Part shown: positions 17,650 through 26,578 of the stretch, piece after piece
Position numbering within the stretch: position 1 is the first letter of the stretch
Layout of the letters: every line of letters begins with the position of its first letter
Source: a virus
Lineage: Duplodnaviria; Caudoviricetes
Length of the DNA stretch: 64,000 bases
Reading direction: 5' to 3' (one strand)
Virus record (IMG/VR): IMGVR_UViG_643692013_000008
Coordinates: 43,573 to 107,572 of that record
Position numbers and translations under genes: made by a program
Notes under the pieces: generated by a model
What the model was told of the DNA's origin: nothing
Database searches by the model: none
What the model saw: the letters and a program-made list of their open reading frames with translations, nothing else

Positions 17650-18756
17650 TCAACTGGTGCGACGCATCGGAACGGGTGTCACACGCTCCACTTCGCGAGC
17701 TTTGGTGTAGTGCGCGGTCATTTCCGCCGTGGTGTGTCCTGCGAGTGCCTGCGCCGCTCTCGCACCCTCGAGCCGCTGCTTGTCGGTAAGGGCTTTCGCT
17801 CTCAGGTCATGGAAATGCATACCGACGAGAAACCGAGGATCCGGCTCCGTGCCCTTCGCAGCGCACTCGCCCTCATAGGACTTGCGCGCGCGCTTAATCG
17901 CCCGTTTCCATGCTGTCTGTGCGCCGCTGTAGGTATAGCGCGCGCCGTCCTGCGTGCAGATGATCGGTCCGATTGCTTTCACCTTGCCGGCCTTCGCCGC
18001 GTCGAGCGTGGCGCGCAAGTCCGGCGTCAATTGAATCAGGAGGCGCACGCCACTGCTGTTTACCGTTTTCGAGGGATGGAAGAAGAGTCCGTCGTTGCTG
18101 ACATCTTGCCAGTTCAGCGCAAGCAGATCGCCGATGCGTTGTGCGGTCTGATAGGCCAGGTCGATAAGGCAGACGATCGTCGTTCCGGATGCGGTCGGGC
18201 GTCCGTCCAACCCAACGAGCGCGGCAGCGCGGACAGCCTCCAGCTCCATGTCCGTGATGTAGCGGTCGCGCGCCTTCTCCTCGGCGCCGGCGACCTCGCG
18301 CGCCGGATTGCGATCGCGCAGCCCCTTGCGCACGGCGTGCGCGAAGATCAGCGACAGGAGCGCCTTGTATTTGTTGCTGGTGTTCGGTTTCGTCGAGAAG
18401 TGCTTGTCGAGGAACCGGGCGATGTCGGCCGGGCGCACGTCCTCGACTGTCCACTGCGGCCCGAACTCCGATTTGACGAATGTCGCCATGCGCCGGTATT
18501 CCTCGCGCGTCTTCAGCGCATACTTCGGGAGCTTTACCAGCAGCCAGTCGTCGATGAGCGCAGGCATCGTGTCGGCAATACCTCGTTCATCCGCCTCGCG
18601 GTTGAACTTTGCGAGTTGCTCATAGAGGCGCGTGAGCCCATCGGTCGTACTGCAAAGGCGGTGCCACTTCCGGCGCATATCGACGAAGTACCACGAACCG
18701 TGCTTCTCGTAGACGCGCGCGGGCAGCGGTGACGCCTTCTTCCGTCGCCCGATCAT
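17650..18756 (-). CDS. int: Tyrosine integrase, prophage B
   Basis: AQRIGDL, FHDLRAK, GHT, HYT catalytic set. Confidence 0.93.
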   Translation of the reverse strand: MIGRRKKASPLPARVYEKHGSWYFVDMRRKWHRLCSTTDGLTRLYEQLAKFNREADERGIADTMPALIDDWLLVKLPKYALKTREEYRRMATFVKSEFGPQWTVEDVRPADIARFLDKHFSTKPNTSNKYKALLSLIFAHAVRKGLRDRNPAREVAGAEEKARDRYITDMELEAVRAAALVGLDGRPTASGTTIVCLIDLAYQTAQRIGDLLALNWQDVSNDGLFFHPSKTVNSSGVRLLIQLTPDLRATLDAAKAGKVKAIGPIICTQDGARYTYSGAQTAWKRAIKRARKSYEGECAAKGTEPDPRFLVGMHFHDLRAKALTDKQRLEGARAAQALAGHTTAEMTAHYTKAREVERVTPVPMRRTS

Positions 18757-18984
18757 CTACGCCGCCTTCATGTCGGAAGTGAGTTGCGGACGGCGCCGGC
18801 TTCGCTCCTGATTCTTCGGGATGCTGATGCCTGCGATATGGTGTCGCCACACGCGCACGCTGCCGTCGGGCCGGCGATCTGCCGGGATGCCAGCGCGCAT
18901 CAGGGCCTGCAATTGCCGGCACGGCTGGCGGTAGCCTGTTGCCTCGACGATCTCCTGCTCGCTGAGTGTGAGAGATTCGCTCAC
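18757..18984 (-). CDS. xis: Excisionase (DUF4224-like)
   Basis: LSEQEIVEATGYRQPCRQ..L...GI...RPDG. Confidence 0.8.
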   Translation of the reverse strand: MSESLTLSEQEIVEATGYRQPCRQLQALMRAGIPADRRPDGSVRVWRHHIAGISIPKNQERSRRRPQLTSDMKAA

Positions 18985-19172
18985 TTCCCGTCCTCCGTAT
19001 TAGTGCGCGCCCGGCGTTCATAGCTCGCCCAATACGCTATTGCTTCGTCTATCGCTGGCTCGGTGTGGCCGAGTTGCGCCGCGCGTTCCCTGCATGCCTT
19101 GAGGGTCCTGATATTTTCGTTTCGGGACACGTTCACCAAAGCCTTCAGCGCGTTAAATACTTCTTCGTTCAC
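18981..19172 (-). CDS. Hypothetical protein
   Basis: Coupled on both sides. Confidence 0.7.
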   Translation of the reverse strand: MNEEVFNALKALVNVSRNENIRTLKACRERAAQLGHTEPAIDEAIAYWASYERRARTNTEDGK

Positions 19173-19537
19173 GCTTCCCCTCCGGTATCAGTAGTGCGTG
19201 CGATCTCGGCAGCAGCGCGGGTGATGGCGCGGCGCAGTGCTTCGGCCGAGTCGCCGGGCTTTTCAACGATGAACACGCGCTCGTCAGGCTCACGATGAGC
19301 GGTGACGCTGACGTAGCCCGCGTTGATGCTGATATCGATGTCCATGCGCAGCTTCACCGCCAGCCGCAGCGCGTCGCCGTCGTCGGTGAGAGGGTTCCAT
19401 CCTTCCGCAATGCCGGGCGTCTTTGAGTGCTTCGGTGAAAGAAGCATGTCACGCCAAAGCGGGTCATCCAATCGTGATCGGAGTATCTCGATCTCCGCCG
19501 CCTTCGCCGCCAGTTCCAACAGTTCTTTGTCGGTCAC
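19169..19537 (-). CDS. Phage protein
   Basis: TDKELLELAAKAA...WNPLTDDGDALRLAV...RRAITRAAA, common lambdoid early family. Confidence 0.8.
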   Translation of the reverse strand: MTDKELLELAAKAAEIEILRSRLDDPLWRDMLLSPKHSKTPGIAEGWNPLTDDGDALRLAVKLRMDIDISINAGYVSVTAHREPDERVFIVEKPGDSAEALRRAITRAAAEIARTTDTGGEA

Positions 19538-20241
19538 GATCTCTCTCCCTCGACGCGCTTGAACTCGACGACCCATACCCAGGGGTTGGCTTCCCAGAGC
19601 CCCGGACCCTTGAGGTTCCAGTTCTCGCCGCCGTGAAGTCGGTTGATAAAGTTGGCGAACGCATAGCGCGCGGAGCCCATACAACGGGTATGGCTGGTGG
19701 CGTCGCCCATGTGCCAGCCTTTGCGTTGAGTGCCGCGGACGACGGGATGGAAGGTCCGGCCGCCATCGACGCTGATGGAGCCTTTCGGCGGCTCGATACC
19801 GAAGTCGGTGAAAACTGCACCTTCGGCGATCGCATCTCCCTCGCTGATGTCATGCAACCGCTCGACGCGCACGCCGGTGATTTCGAGCGTGATGCGCGAA
19901 AGGGTGCGTGGCATGTGGATCGAGGGCGTCCACCCCGCACCCCTGGCATCGCCACTCGGATCAGAATCGGCGCGATAGATCGTATGAGCTCGACGGCAAG
20001 GGATGCTGACTGATGCTGCCCAGCAATAATCGGCCGGCTCATGAATGAACGCTTCGCGCACCCACAGGCGGTCGCCGGGCTCGCCATGCGGACATCCCTG
20101 CTGGTTCGGGAAGCGGCGCAGAATCGCGTCGAGGTTATCTTTCCCGGCGAATTCTTTCGCGACGCGCCGCGTCTGAGTCTTGCGCCCGTCGAGAATGGCG
20201 CGCACCATCGGTGCGCTGAAAATGATCGGCCGCTCTTTCAC
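19534..20241 (-). CDS. ASCH/PUA-like phage protein (homolog of 15360-15998)
   Basis: PIIFSAPMVRAILDGRKTQTRR...NPWVWVVEF. Confidence 0.85.
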   Translation of the reverse strand: MKERPIIFSAPMVRAILDGRKTQTRRVAKEFAGKDNLDAILRRFPNQQGCPHGEPGDRLWVREAFIHEPADYCWAASVSIPCRRAHTIYRADSDPSGDARGAGWTPSIHMPRTLSRITLEITGVRVERLHDISEGDAIAEGAVFTDFGIEPPKGSISVDGGRTFHPVVRGTQRKGWHMGDATSHTRCMGSARYAFANFINRLHGGENWNLKGPGLWEANPWVWVVEFKRVEGERS

Positions 20242-20930
20242 GATTGATTCTCCTTGCGTGCGGCGTCGATCACCCGATCGAGAATTGCCTCGGGCGTCTC
20301 GTCCTGAACCTTGAATACCTCGACCTGCCGGTCGAACGCGATCGACATAGCGAGATCCATGCGGTCGTCATCGGGCACGTCGGATAGGATCAGCCGATAC
20401 CGCGCAGCATCCCGCGCATCCTCGCTTTCCGAGATAGCCGGCGCAGCCTTGAGGGCGTCGTCGGTAGGATCAACCGGAAGCGGCATCCAGTGCGTGGGTA
20501 CTTGCTCGCGTTCGAGTCGATCCATGATTCCGGGGAGAGCAGTTCCGAACCAGTCCTTCTGGAACAGCGTTTCCTCATCGATATCATCGCATTCAGCCTC
20601 CGATGCCCATCGATCAAACGACGTATGCATGATCAGCAGCACGCCGCAGTCCTCACGCCAGCCGAGCAACTCCGTTTCCTTCGGCGCCGTCTCGATCGGC
20701 TGCCACCGGTCGGCAGAGATAGCCGGCGCAGGCGAGACGCGGCGGTTCCATCGCTCGACTGCCGCCTCCGGGGATGCGCTGGGAATTTGTTCAATAGCGC
20801 ATGTGCCTCCAAGGTTCAATGTATTGCGGCACTTCACGCCCCACCAATGCCTCTTGTCTATGGTTTGCTCCAAGACAACGGCGCCCCCGCAGAACGGGCA
20901 CGGCAGCAGTTCGCTCAGCTTGTCGCTCAT
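20238..20930 (-). CDS. Lar-like restriction-alleviation domain fused to DUF551-like cassette
   Basis: LLPCPFCGG...AVERWNRR; WQPIETAPK...THWMPLP. Confidence 0.8.
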   Translation of the reverse strand: MSDKLSELLPCPFCGGAVVLEQTIDKRHWWGVKCRNTLNLGGTCAIEQIPSASPEAAVERWNRRVSPAPAISADRWQPIETAPKETELLGWREDCGVLLIMHTSFDRWASEAECDDIDEETLFQKDWFGTALPGIMDRLEREQVPTHWMPLPVDPTDDALKAAPAISESEDARDAARYRLILSDVPDDDRMDLAMSIAFDRQVEVFKVQDETPEAILDRVIDAARKENQS

Positions 20931-21253
20931 CGGGTGTCTCCCTGAGATGTGACGATCGTTTCCGATTTGTGCTCGGTGATCGTCTGCTTGCCTTGGCGCC
21001 GCGATTCGGTCCAGTTGCGCTCGGTCGTCACGGTGCCGTCAGGGCAGCGGGTGAAGTAGTGCCAATTGCTATCGGCCCGGAACGCGTAGACCTTGCAGCC
21101 GTCGGCCTCGCGGATGACGTGGGGCTTTACGTCGGCTTCCGCCTGCGCATGTTCGCGCTCCATGGCACGCTTTGCCCCGTCCGAGAAAACACCCCAATAG
21201 GTGCAGCCGCCGATGGCCGACAGCAGAAGGGCGAATATGAGAAGGTTCTTCAC
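20927..21253 (-). CDS. Membrane/lipoprotein, DUF4884-like
   Basis: Hydrophobic N-terminus IGGC; DGCKVYAF....HYFTRC. Confidence 0.65.
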   Translation of the reverse strand: MKNLLIFALLLSAIGGCTYWGVFSDGAKRAMEREHAQAEADVKPHVIREADGCKVYAFRADSNWHYFTRCPDGTVTTERNWTESRRQGKQTITEHKSETIVTSQGDTR

Positions 21254-23160
21254 GCTTCGCCTCCCTTCCCACCCTGCGCGCCCTGAGACTCTTTGGCCGC
21301 ATGGGCGAGCGCCGGCAACGTATCGACGATCCCCTTGTCGGAGAAGAAGCCGGATGCGAACACGGCGTTGTCATACGTGACCGGACGACGCCCGAATTCC
21401 AACGATGACAGGAAGGCCGGCGAAACTCGCATAGCCGTCGCCATGTCCATCAGCGTTGTGCCGGCAACGATCCGAAGCGCCCGCACGAGCATCCCGTAAG
21501 GCGTCAGGGGATTCTCGATGCTCGCCACCGCCTCTCCCGCATCAGCAGGGGCGCTTCGGGGCAAATCACGGATGACTTGCTTTATCAGCGCACCTACGGC
21601 GGCCACGCTGCCGAACTCGATGTAGCCCGCTGCGTTCTCCCTGCCGCCGACGTGCTTGATGCGCTCGCCAAGGTTCATGCCGGCCGTCGGGCTCGGCTCG
21701 CGCGCCTCGGCCGGTGCGGAGGCCTGCGCGCGATAAAGCTCGACTTCCATGCGGAGCACTTCGGCGAGTCGTTTAACCAGTTCGATCTTGTTGAGCGGAT
21801 CGTCGGGATGTACGGGATCGTCGCCGCGCAGAGTCACGCACACATCTGCAAGCGTTTCGCTCAGACGGCGGATCACGTAGGCATCCTCCGACTCTTCGCC
21901 CTCGTTCGCTTGAGGTGCGGCGGCCTGCGATGTGCGCGCAACGTTGAGCACAACCTCGTCTTCCACGGCGCGGGCGAACTGCCGCCAGCCCCATTGCTTC
22001 ATGAAGCTGCCGAGGCCGCCCGGCATCGATTCGGCGATCGCGTCGATGTCGGCGTCGTCAAGCCTCGCCGCCCGCTCGTCGGACGTGGCCGGCTCACTGG
22101 CAACGGGGAGCGTCCAATCGTCACTGAGATGCGAACCAGTCAGCGGCACGCATCCGGCCTGCCGGAAGCAATCCCCTTTGCTGCCGCATTCGTGGTGGCA
22201 CTTGCCGCCGTCAATGCAATAGCCTGCATCTCGCAAGCAAGAGTGCAGCCATTTGACATGCGCTCGAACCTCGTCGGGCTCGGCCGTGGCCGGCTCGCCT
22301 TCGCCAGATTCGAGGTAGAAGCATCCCAGTTCGTTGCATGCCTGCGCCGTGCTTGATCCGCAGCGCGTGCATTTGCTCTCGGACGTGGCCGGCGATACTG
22401 CTGCGCGCTCGTCACCCATCAGCGCGGCCGTCGCGGTGACGAGGTGATAAGCGGGATCGCTGACGGCAATCTTGCCTTCAGAGCTCGCCTGATACCACGC
22501 GATCAGCAGCGACCAGATATCCGATATGAACTGGCGGGGCGTCATGCCGTCCGGGCAGCCCAACTCTTCGCACGCTTCGACGATTCCTTGCAGCTCGTCC
22601 GTGTCCGCCCCATCAGCGGCGACAGCCTGAGCGGCTATTTCCGGCACCGGCCAATCGCGAGTCGGGCAGTCTAAGGCTTGCTGGATAGTGCTGGTTGCAT
22701 CTTGCCCTTCGCCCAATGGCACAGGTCCGAAATCGCGGATCGATGCCAATCTGACCGGCGCGGCGACAGTCTGAGCGTCAAATCCCCTGGCCGAAATGAC
22801 CGCCTCGGATTGGCCCGATTCCTTGCTGGGATTGGGTTCCGTCCCGGCCGAAATCTCGTCGACCGGGGCGGCGGGAGAGGCGGCGAGCATGGCTGCGTAG
22901 ATGCCGAGCGGCGTGCAGTTACGGAACGACGTGCCTTTCGGAAGCCCGTCCCACAAGCACTCAAGCATGTCTCGCGTCGGTACGATCGGAACCAGCTTCC
23001 ACCCCTCCGGTGCGGGCACTGCTGCTCGCGGGGAGGTGAGAAGGGCGCGAAGTGCATCGCCGTACTCGTCCATCGCGAGAGGCGTCAGCACGCTGATTGC
23101 CATGTTGATTGCTGCACGCTGCTCGTCCGTCAGCGCGGCTGCGGTGGTGTTGTTCGTCAT
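21250..23160 (-). CDS. Mosaic multi-cassette early protein with terminal XRE HTH cassette
   Basis: GWKLVP..PT..ML motif; linkers shared with 11218-12816; TLMDMATAMRVSPAFLSSLEFG HTH. Confidence 0.8.
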   Translation of the reverse strand: MTNNTTAAALTDEQRAAINMAISVLTPLAMDEYGDALRALLTSPRAAVPAPEGWKLVPIVPTRDMLECLWDGLPKGTSFRNCTPLGIYAAMLAASPAAPVDEISAGTEPNPSKESGQSEAVISARGFDAQTVAAPVRLASIRDFGPVPLGEGQDATSTIQQALDCPTRDWPVPEIAAQAVAADGADTDELQGIVEACEELGCPDGMTPRQFISDIWSLLIAWYQASSEGKIAVSDPAYHLVTATAALMGDERAAVSPATSESKCTRCGSSTAQACNELGCFYLESGEGEPATAEPDEVRAHVKWLHSCLRDAGYCIDGGKCHHECGSKGDCFRQAGCVPLTGSHLSDDWTLPVASEPATSDERAARLDDADIDAIAESMPGGLGSFMKQWGWRQFARAVEDEVVLNVARTSQAAAPQANEGEESEDAYVIRRLSETLADVCVTLRGDDPVHPDDPLNKIELVKRLAEVLRMEVELYRAQASAPAEAREPSPTAGMNLGERIKHVGGRENAAGYIEFGSVAAVGALIKQVIRDLPRSAPADAGEAVASIENPLTPYGMLVRALRIVAGTTLMDMATAMRVSPAFLSSLEFGRRPVTYDNAVFASGFFSDKGIVDTLPALAHAAKESQGAQGGKGGEA

Positions 23161-23167
23161 GGTGTCC

Positions 23168-24034
23168 TCAGATCAGTTCGATGCAGGTTTCAATGAATGC
23201 GGCCGCCGGGCGCGGGTCGATCGCGTTTCCGAGGGCGCGCAGCTTAGCCACTCGGGCGGGTATCCCATTTCCCAGCCAGCGAACTCGGGGTGGAGGGAGC
23301 CGCCGCCACTTTCCATCGGGGCATTCGACGTACTGGCAACCGTCGATACTTGCGACGGCAGCGGAGAACCCCCGGCTCCGAAACTCATGTTCGGTCCACC
23401 CTTCGCCCCATCCGATGCCCGGATCGTTGACCAGAGCGCGATCACGACGTCCGAAAGATTCACTTGGTGACCGCTCGACATTCGCGCTAGAGCTTTCGAT
23501 GGATCCTTGTAGTCGCCCCCGCCCTTCTGGCGGCACTGCGCCGTCGGCCACAAACCAATAACGATCTCGAAAGTGTTCCGCACCAGCGCTCGCGGCTTCG
23601 ATAGGCATTGCCCCCACGGCGTATTCCAGGGCTTCCAGGTTATTTCGCACGAGACCGAGCCAGTCAGTCGCTGCCGCAACCTGCTCTCCAAAGATCGTTG
23701 CAGGTCGTCGCTGTTTGATGAGCCAGTACCAATGAGGCCAGAGGTGTCGCGGGTCATCAAACCCAAGTCCCTTGCCTGCGACGGAGAAAGGTTGGCAAGG
23801 ACAGGAACCGGTCCAAACAGGTCTGTCATCGGGCCAGCCTGCGAGGCGGAGGGCTCTTGACCATCCGCCAAGGCCGGCGAAGAAATGGCACTGCGTGTAT
23901 CCGCGCAGGTCGTCAGGTCGGACATCCTCGATACTCCGTTCGTCGACGTCGCCAGGCGCGATGTGGCCGGCGGCGATCAGGTTGCGAAGCCACTGCGCCG
24001 CATACGGGTCAATCTCGTTGTAATAGGCGCTCAT
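23168..24034 (-). CDS. C5 DNA methyltransferase alpha subunit (motifs I-VIII and X, no IX)
   Basis: FFAGLGG, CPCQPFS, GEQV, HFRDR, LGNAI. Confidence 0.88.
   Translation of the reverse strand: MSAYYNEIDPYAAQWLRNLIAAGHIAPGDVDERSIEDVRPDDLRGYTQCHFFAGLGGWSRALRLAGWPDDRPVWTGSCPCQPFSVAGKGLGFDDPRHLWPHWYWLIKQRRPATIFGEQVAAATDWLGLVRNNLEALEYAVGAMPIEAASAGAEHFRDRYWFVADGAVPPEGRGRLQGSIESSSANVERSPSESFGRRDRALVNDPGIGWGEGWTEHEFRSRGFSAAVASIDGCQYVECPDGKWRRLPPPRVRWLGNGIPARVAKLRALGNAIDPRPAAAFIETCIELI
23173..23925 (-). CDS. Nested alternative-frame C5 MTase beta subunit (TRD + motif IX)
   Basis: 250-codon ORF wholly inside alpha on the same strand; GGAG 8 nt before ATG; LWPT/LWST repeats and LHPEFAGWEMGYP. Confidence 0.75.
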   Translation of the reverse strand: MSDLTTCADTRSAISSPALADGQEPSASQAGPMTDLFGPVPVLANLSPSQARDLGLMTRDTSGLIGTGSSNSDDLQRSLESRLRQRLTGSVSCEITWKPWNTPWGQCLSKPRALVRNTFEIVIGLWPTAQCRQKGGGDYKDPSKALARMSSGHQVNLSDVVIALWSTIRASDGAKGGPNMSFGAGGSPLPSQVSTVASTSNAPMESGGGSLHPEFAGWEMGYPPEWLSCAPSETRSTRARRPHSLKPASN

Positions 24035-24783
24035 ATCGTTTCCAAGATCAGCGGGCTTTGCTGCAGCCGCTGCGCCTGCATATCGCGGCAATCCGGATCG
24101 AGCTCGCAGCCGATCCAGTGTCTGCCGTTTCGGATGGCGGCGAGCGCTGTACTGCCGCTGCCGAGGAAAGGGTCGAGCACGATGCCGCCAGGTGGCACGC
24201 TGTAGCGCACCATCAGCTCGATCAGATCGACGGGTTTCTGTGTAGGGTGAAGCGCATGGCCGTGCTCATTCCTCATGTCGATCACGCTCGTGCGCAGGCG
24301 CGGGCCGCCGTCCACGCTGGTGTAATGGCCGCGGTCGATGTCGCCCCAGTGAGCTGCTCGAGTCTTGCGGCGCACCTGTTTTTTGCGCGCGTCGTGCGTG
24401 ACCTGCGGGCACTTGTAGACGTCGGACCAAGCGCCGCGATAGAACAGCACCGCATGCTCGTGGACGCGCCGAAAGCGATCATTGTGGAAGCCAGTGCCGT
24501 TCTGCTTGCGCCACACGATGTCCTGCGAGTACCGGAACCCGGCGCGCTCCATCAGTTCGAACGTGGGCGCGATGAACCGGAGACTGCCGAATACCCAAAT
24601 CGATCCGGCTGGTTTCAGGGTTCGCGCGCATGCATCGATCCAGCCGTCGACCACGCGATCCCACTTCAGGGAAGTGTCGCCATAGGGCGGATCGGCAATG
24701 ACGGCATCAGCCACGCCGGCCGGGATCATCGGCAGCAGCTCGCGGCAGTCTCCGAAGTGGCATCGGTCAAGCCAGTCGCTCAT
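24031..24783 (-). CDS. N6A/N4C DNA methyltransferase, beta class
   Basis: DPPY...HPTQKP...DPFLGSGST. Confidence 0.9.
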   Translation of the reverse strand: MSDWLDRCHFGDCRELLPMIPAGVADAVIADPPYGDTSLKWDRVVDGWIDACARTLKPAGSIWVFGSLRFIAPTFELMERAGFRYSQDIVWRKQNGTGFHNDRFRRVHEHAVLFYRGAWSDVYKCPQVTHDARKKQVRRKTRAAHWGDIDRGHYTSVDGGPRLRTSVIDMRNEHGHALHPTQKPVDLIELMVRYSVPPGGIVLDPFLGSGSTALAAIRNGRHWIGCELDPDCRDMQAQRLQQSPLILETI

Positions 24784-24908
24784 GGTCAAATCCAGTAGGT
24801 CAGTTGCATCGAAGGGCGCGCGGCTCGATGCACGCGGCTTTCGATGAAGCCGGAAAAAGACCGGCCCGTACTGGCGCCGGCTCAAAGACACGCTACGGGG
24901 GTAGCGAT

Positions 24909-25478
24909 TCAGTCCTGCTCTTGCTGCTCGAGGTCAGATCCTTCGAACGGTACGTAGTCGGGCTCCGGAGTGCCGAACAAACCCGGGTCGACGTAGTCGT
25001 CCGGCGGCGTCAGCGTGATACCGATCTCCTGCTGCAGGCGCGTGGCGACCTTGCCGTGATCGATTTCGTCCTTCGGGTGCGCGGTGATCTTGAAGTGCAC
25101 GCCGACGCTACCGCCCTCCTGAGTCGTGAAGCGGATGTCCTTCAGGCCGCACTCGGACAACAGCACATCCTCGACGCCACTCGCTCCGATGTGGAAGCGC
25201 AGCAAGTACCCTTCGTATTTACGCTCCCAGGCCATCTGACGCATGAACGGGAAGCGCAGCTCGGTCAGGCCGTCGTGATCCATCGGCAATTCGCCCGGCT
25301 TCGGCAGCGGCTTGCGATAGAGCGCGTTGCGCAGCGCCGAGTCGAACATCTCGAGCACTTCGCCGCCTTGCACGACGTAGAGGCCGATCGAGATCGCGGC
25401 GACGCGCTCAGCGCCGTGCTTCTCGCTCACGTTGGTGCACGACACGATTTTCGCGAGGGTGTTGTCGAGTGAGAACAT
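24909..25478 (-). CDS. Conserved phage protein (homolog of 6220-6864)
   Basis: AGGAG RBS; shared motifs. Confidence 0.8.
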   Translation of the reverse strand: MFSLDNTLAKIVSCTNVSEKHGAERVAAISIGLYVVQGGEVLEMFDSALRNALYRKPLPKPGELPMDHDGLTELRFPFMRQMAWERKYEGYLLRFHIGASGVEDVLLSECGLKDIRFTTQEGGSVGVHFKITAHPKDEIDHGKVATRLQQEIGITLTPPDDYVDPGLFGTPEPDYVPFEGSDLEQQEQD

Positions 25479-25525
25479 GGTGGCTCCTGGAATATTTCCG
25501 GAATAATTTGTCGACGGTTTTGTCG

Positions 25526-26575
25526 TTACGCGCCGAGAAGCGTTTCGCGGCGCTGGTTGTAGGCCTCGTCGATGCGCGCGCGGTCAGCGTCGGACAGACC
25601 TTCTTCGCCGCGGAAGCCATCCATCGCGAGGTCGAGCACGTCAACGTCAGTGCATTTGCCGATCTCGGCGAGAATGGCGTCGATCGTCGGCATGACCGGT
25701 TCTTTCTGCTCTTGCTTCGGCTTCGTCGCCTTGCGCGCGGCCGCGCCGGCGGCGATGTCCTTGAGGTTCGTCGTCTCGCCAGCAGATACAGGCTGCTCGC
25801 CCATGTCGAACCATTCTTCCGGGCCGCTCATGCCGTCGCGCAGGCTCGCGTAGATGCGCTTGAGGGTGACAACTTGCGCGGGCGTGATCGCGTCCAGACG
25901 GCGCTGGATACGCTTCTCGATGTGCTCCTTTGTCACACCGAATCCGTCGAACGCGGCGATGATCTTCTGCACGGCCTCGGGCGACGTGTCGGCCTTCGCG
26001 TTCAGCGTCACGGCCGCCTGCTGCATGGCCGCGTCGACGACGTCGCCGGGAATCAGCGCGAGGATGCACGCTCGCACGCGGCGCTGCGCCTGGTTGGCGA
26101 TCAGCTCGTAAATGTCTCGCTCGTCTTTGATCTGGTATCCGCCTTGCCGCGTGTCGCGCCAGTGACGCACGATGAACTGCAGGCGCTTCGTCGTGCGGCT
26201 TTCCAAATCGACGCAGAACGCTTCGACTTCCGAGAACGGGACGCCCTTCGCATCGACGCCGCGCGAGCGCTCGCGGAAACCCTGTTCGATGTTCCCCCAC
26301 TGCTGCGCCATCGCCTCGGCCGCGCGGATGCTTGGGCCGCTGATGTCGCTGCCGCCGCGCGAGAACTGGTATTGCGATTGCTCGGCAAGCGTCGGGCGCG
26401 TGAACGCGTTCAGGATCTTGTCGGTATTCGCGATGACGTCGCGCGGGAACTGCTGCGCCATCAGGTACTTGACTTGCGTTTCCGCGAGCTCGCGGCTCTG
26501 GTCCTGGCGAGCCCCGGCGGTATCAGCAACGGCCGTGCTGCGGCCACCGAAGGGGGATGCGACGAGATCGTTCAT
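25526..26575 (-). CDS. Putative single-strand annealing protein
   Basis: FPRD...YQFSRGG..ISGPSIRAAE...WGN; sits beside the RecE-like gene. Confidence 0.6.
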   Translation of the reverse strand: MNDLVASPFGGRSTAVADTAGARQDQSRELAETQVKYLMAQQFPRDVIANTDKILNAFTRPTLAEQSQYQFSRGGSDISGPSIRAAEAMAQQWGNIEQGFRERSRGVDAKGVPFSEVEAFCVDLESRTTKRLQFIVRHWRDTRQGGYQIKDERDIYELIANQAQRRVRACILALIPGDVVDAAMQQAAVTLNAKADTSPEAVQKIIAAFDGFGVTKEHIEKRIQRRLDAITPAQVVTLKRIYASLRDGMSGPEEWFDMGEQPVSAGETTNLKDIAAGAAARKATKPKQEQKEPVMPTIDAILAEIGKCTDVDVLDLAMDGFRGEEGLSDADRARIDEAYNQRRETLLGA

Positions 26576-26578
26576 GGT

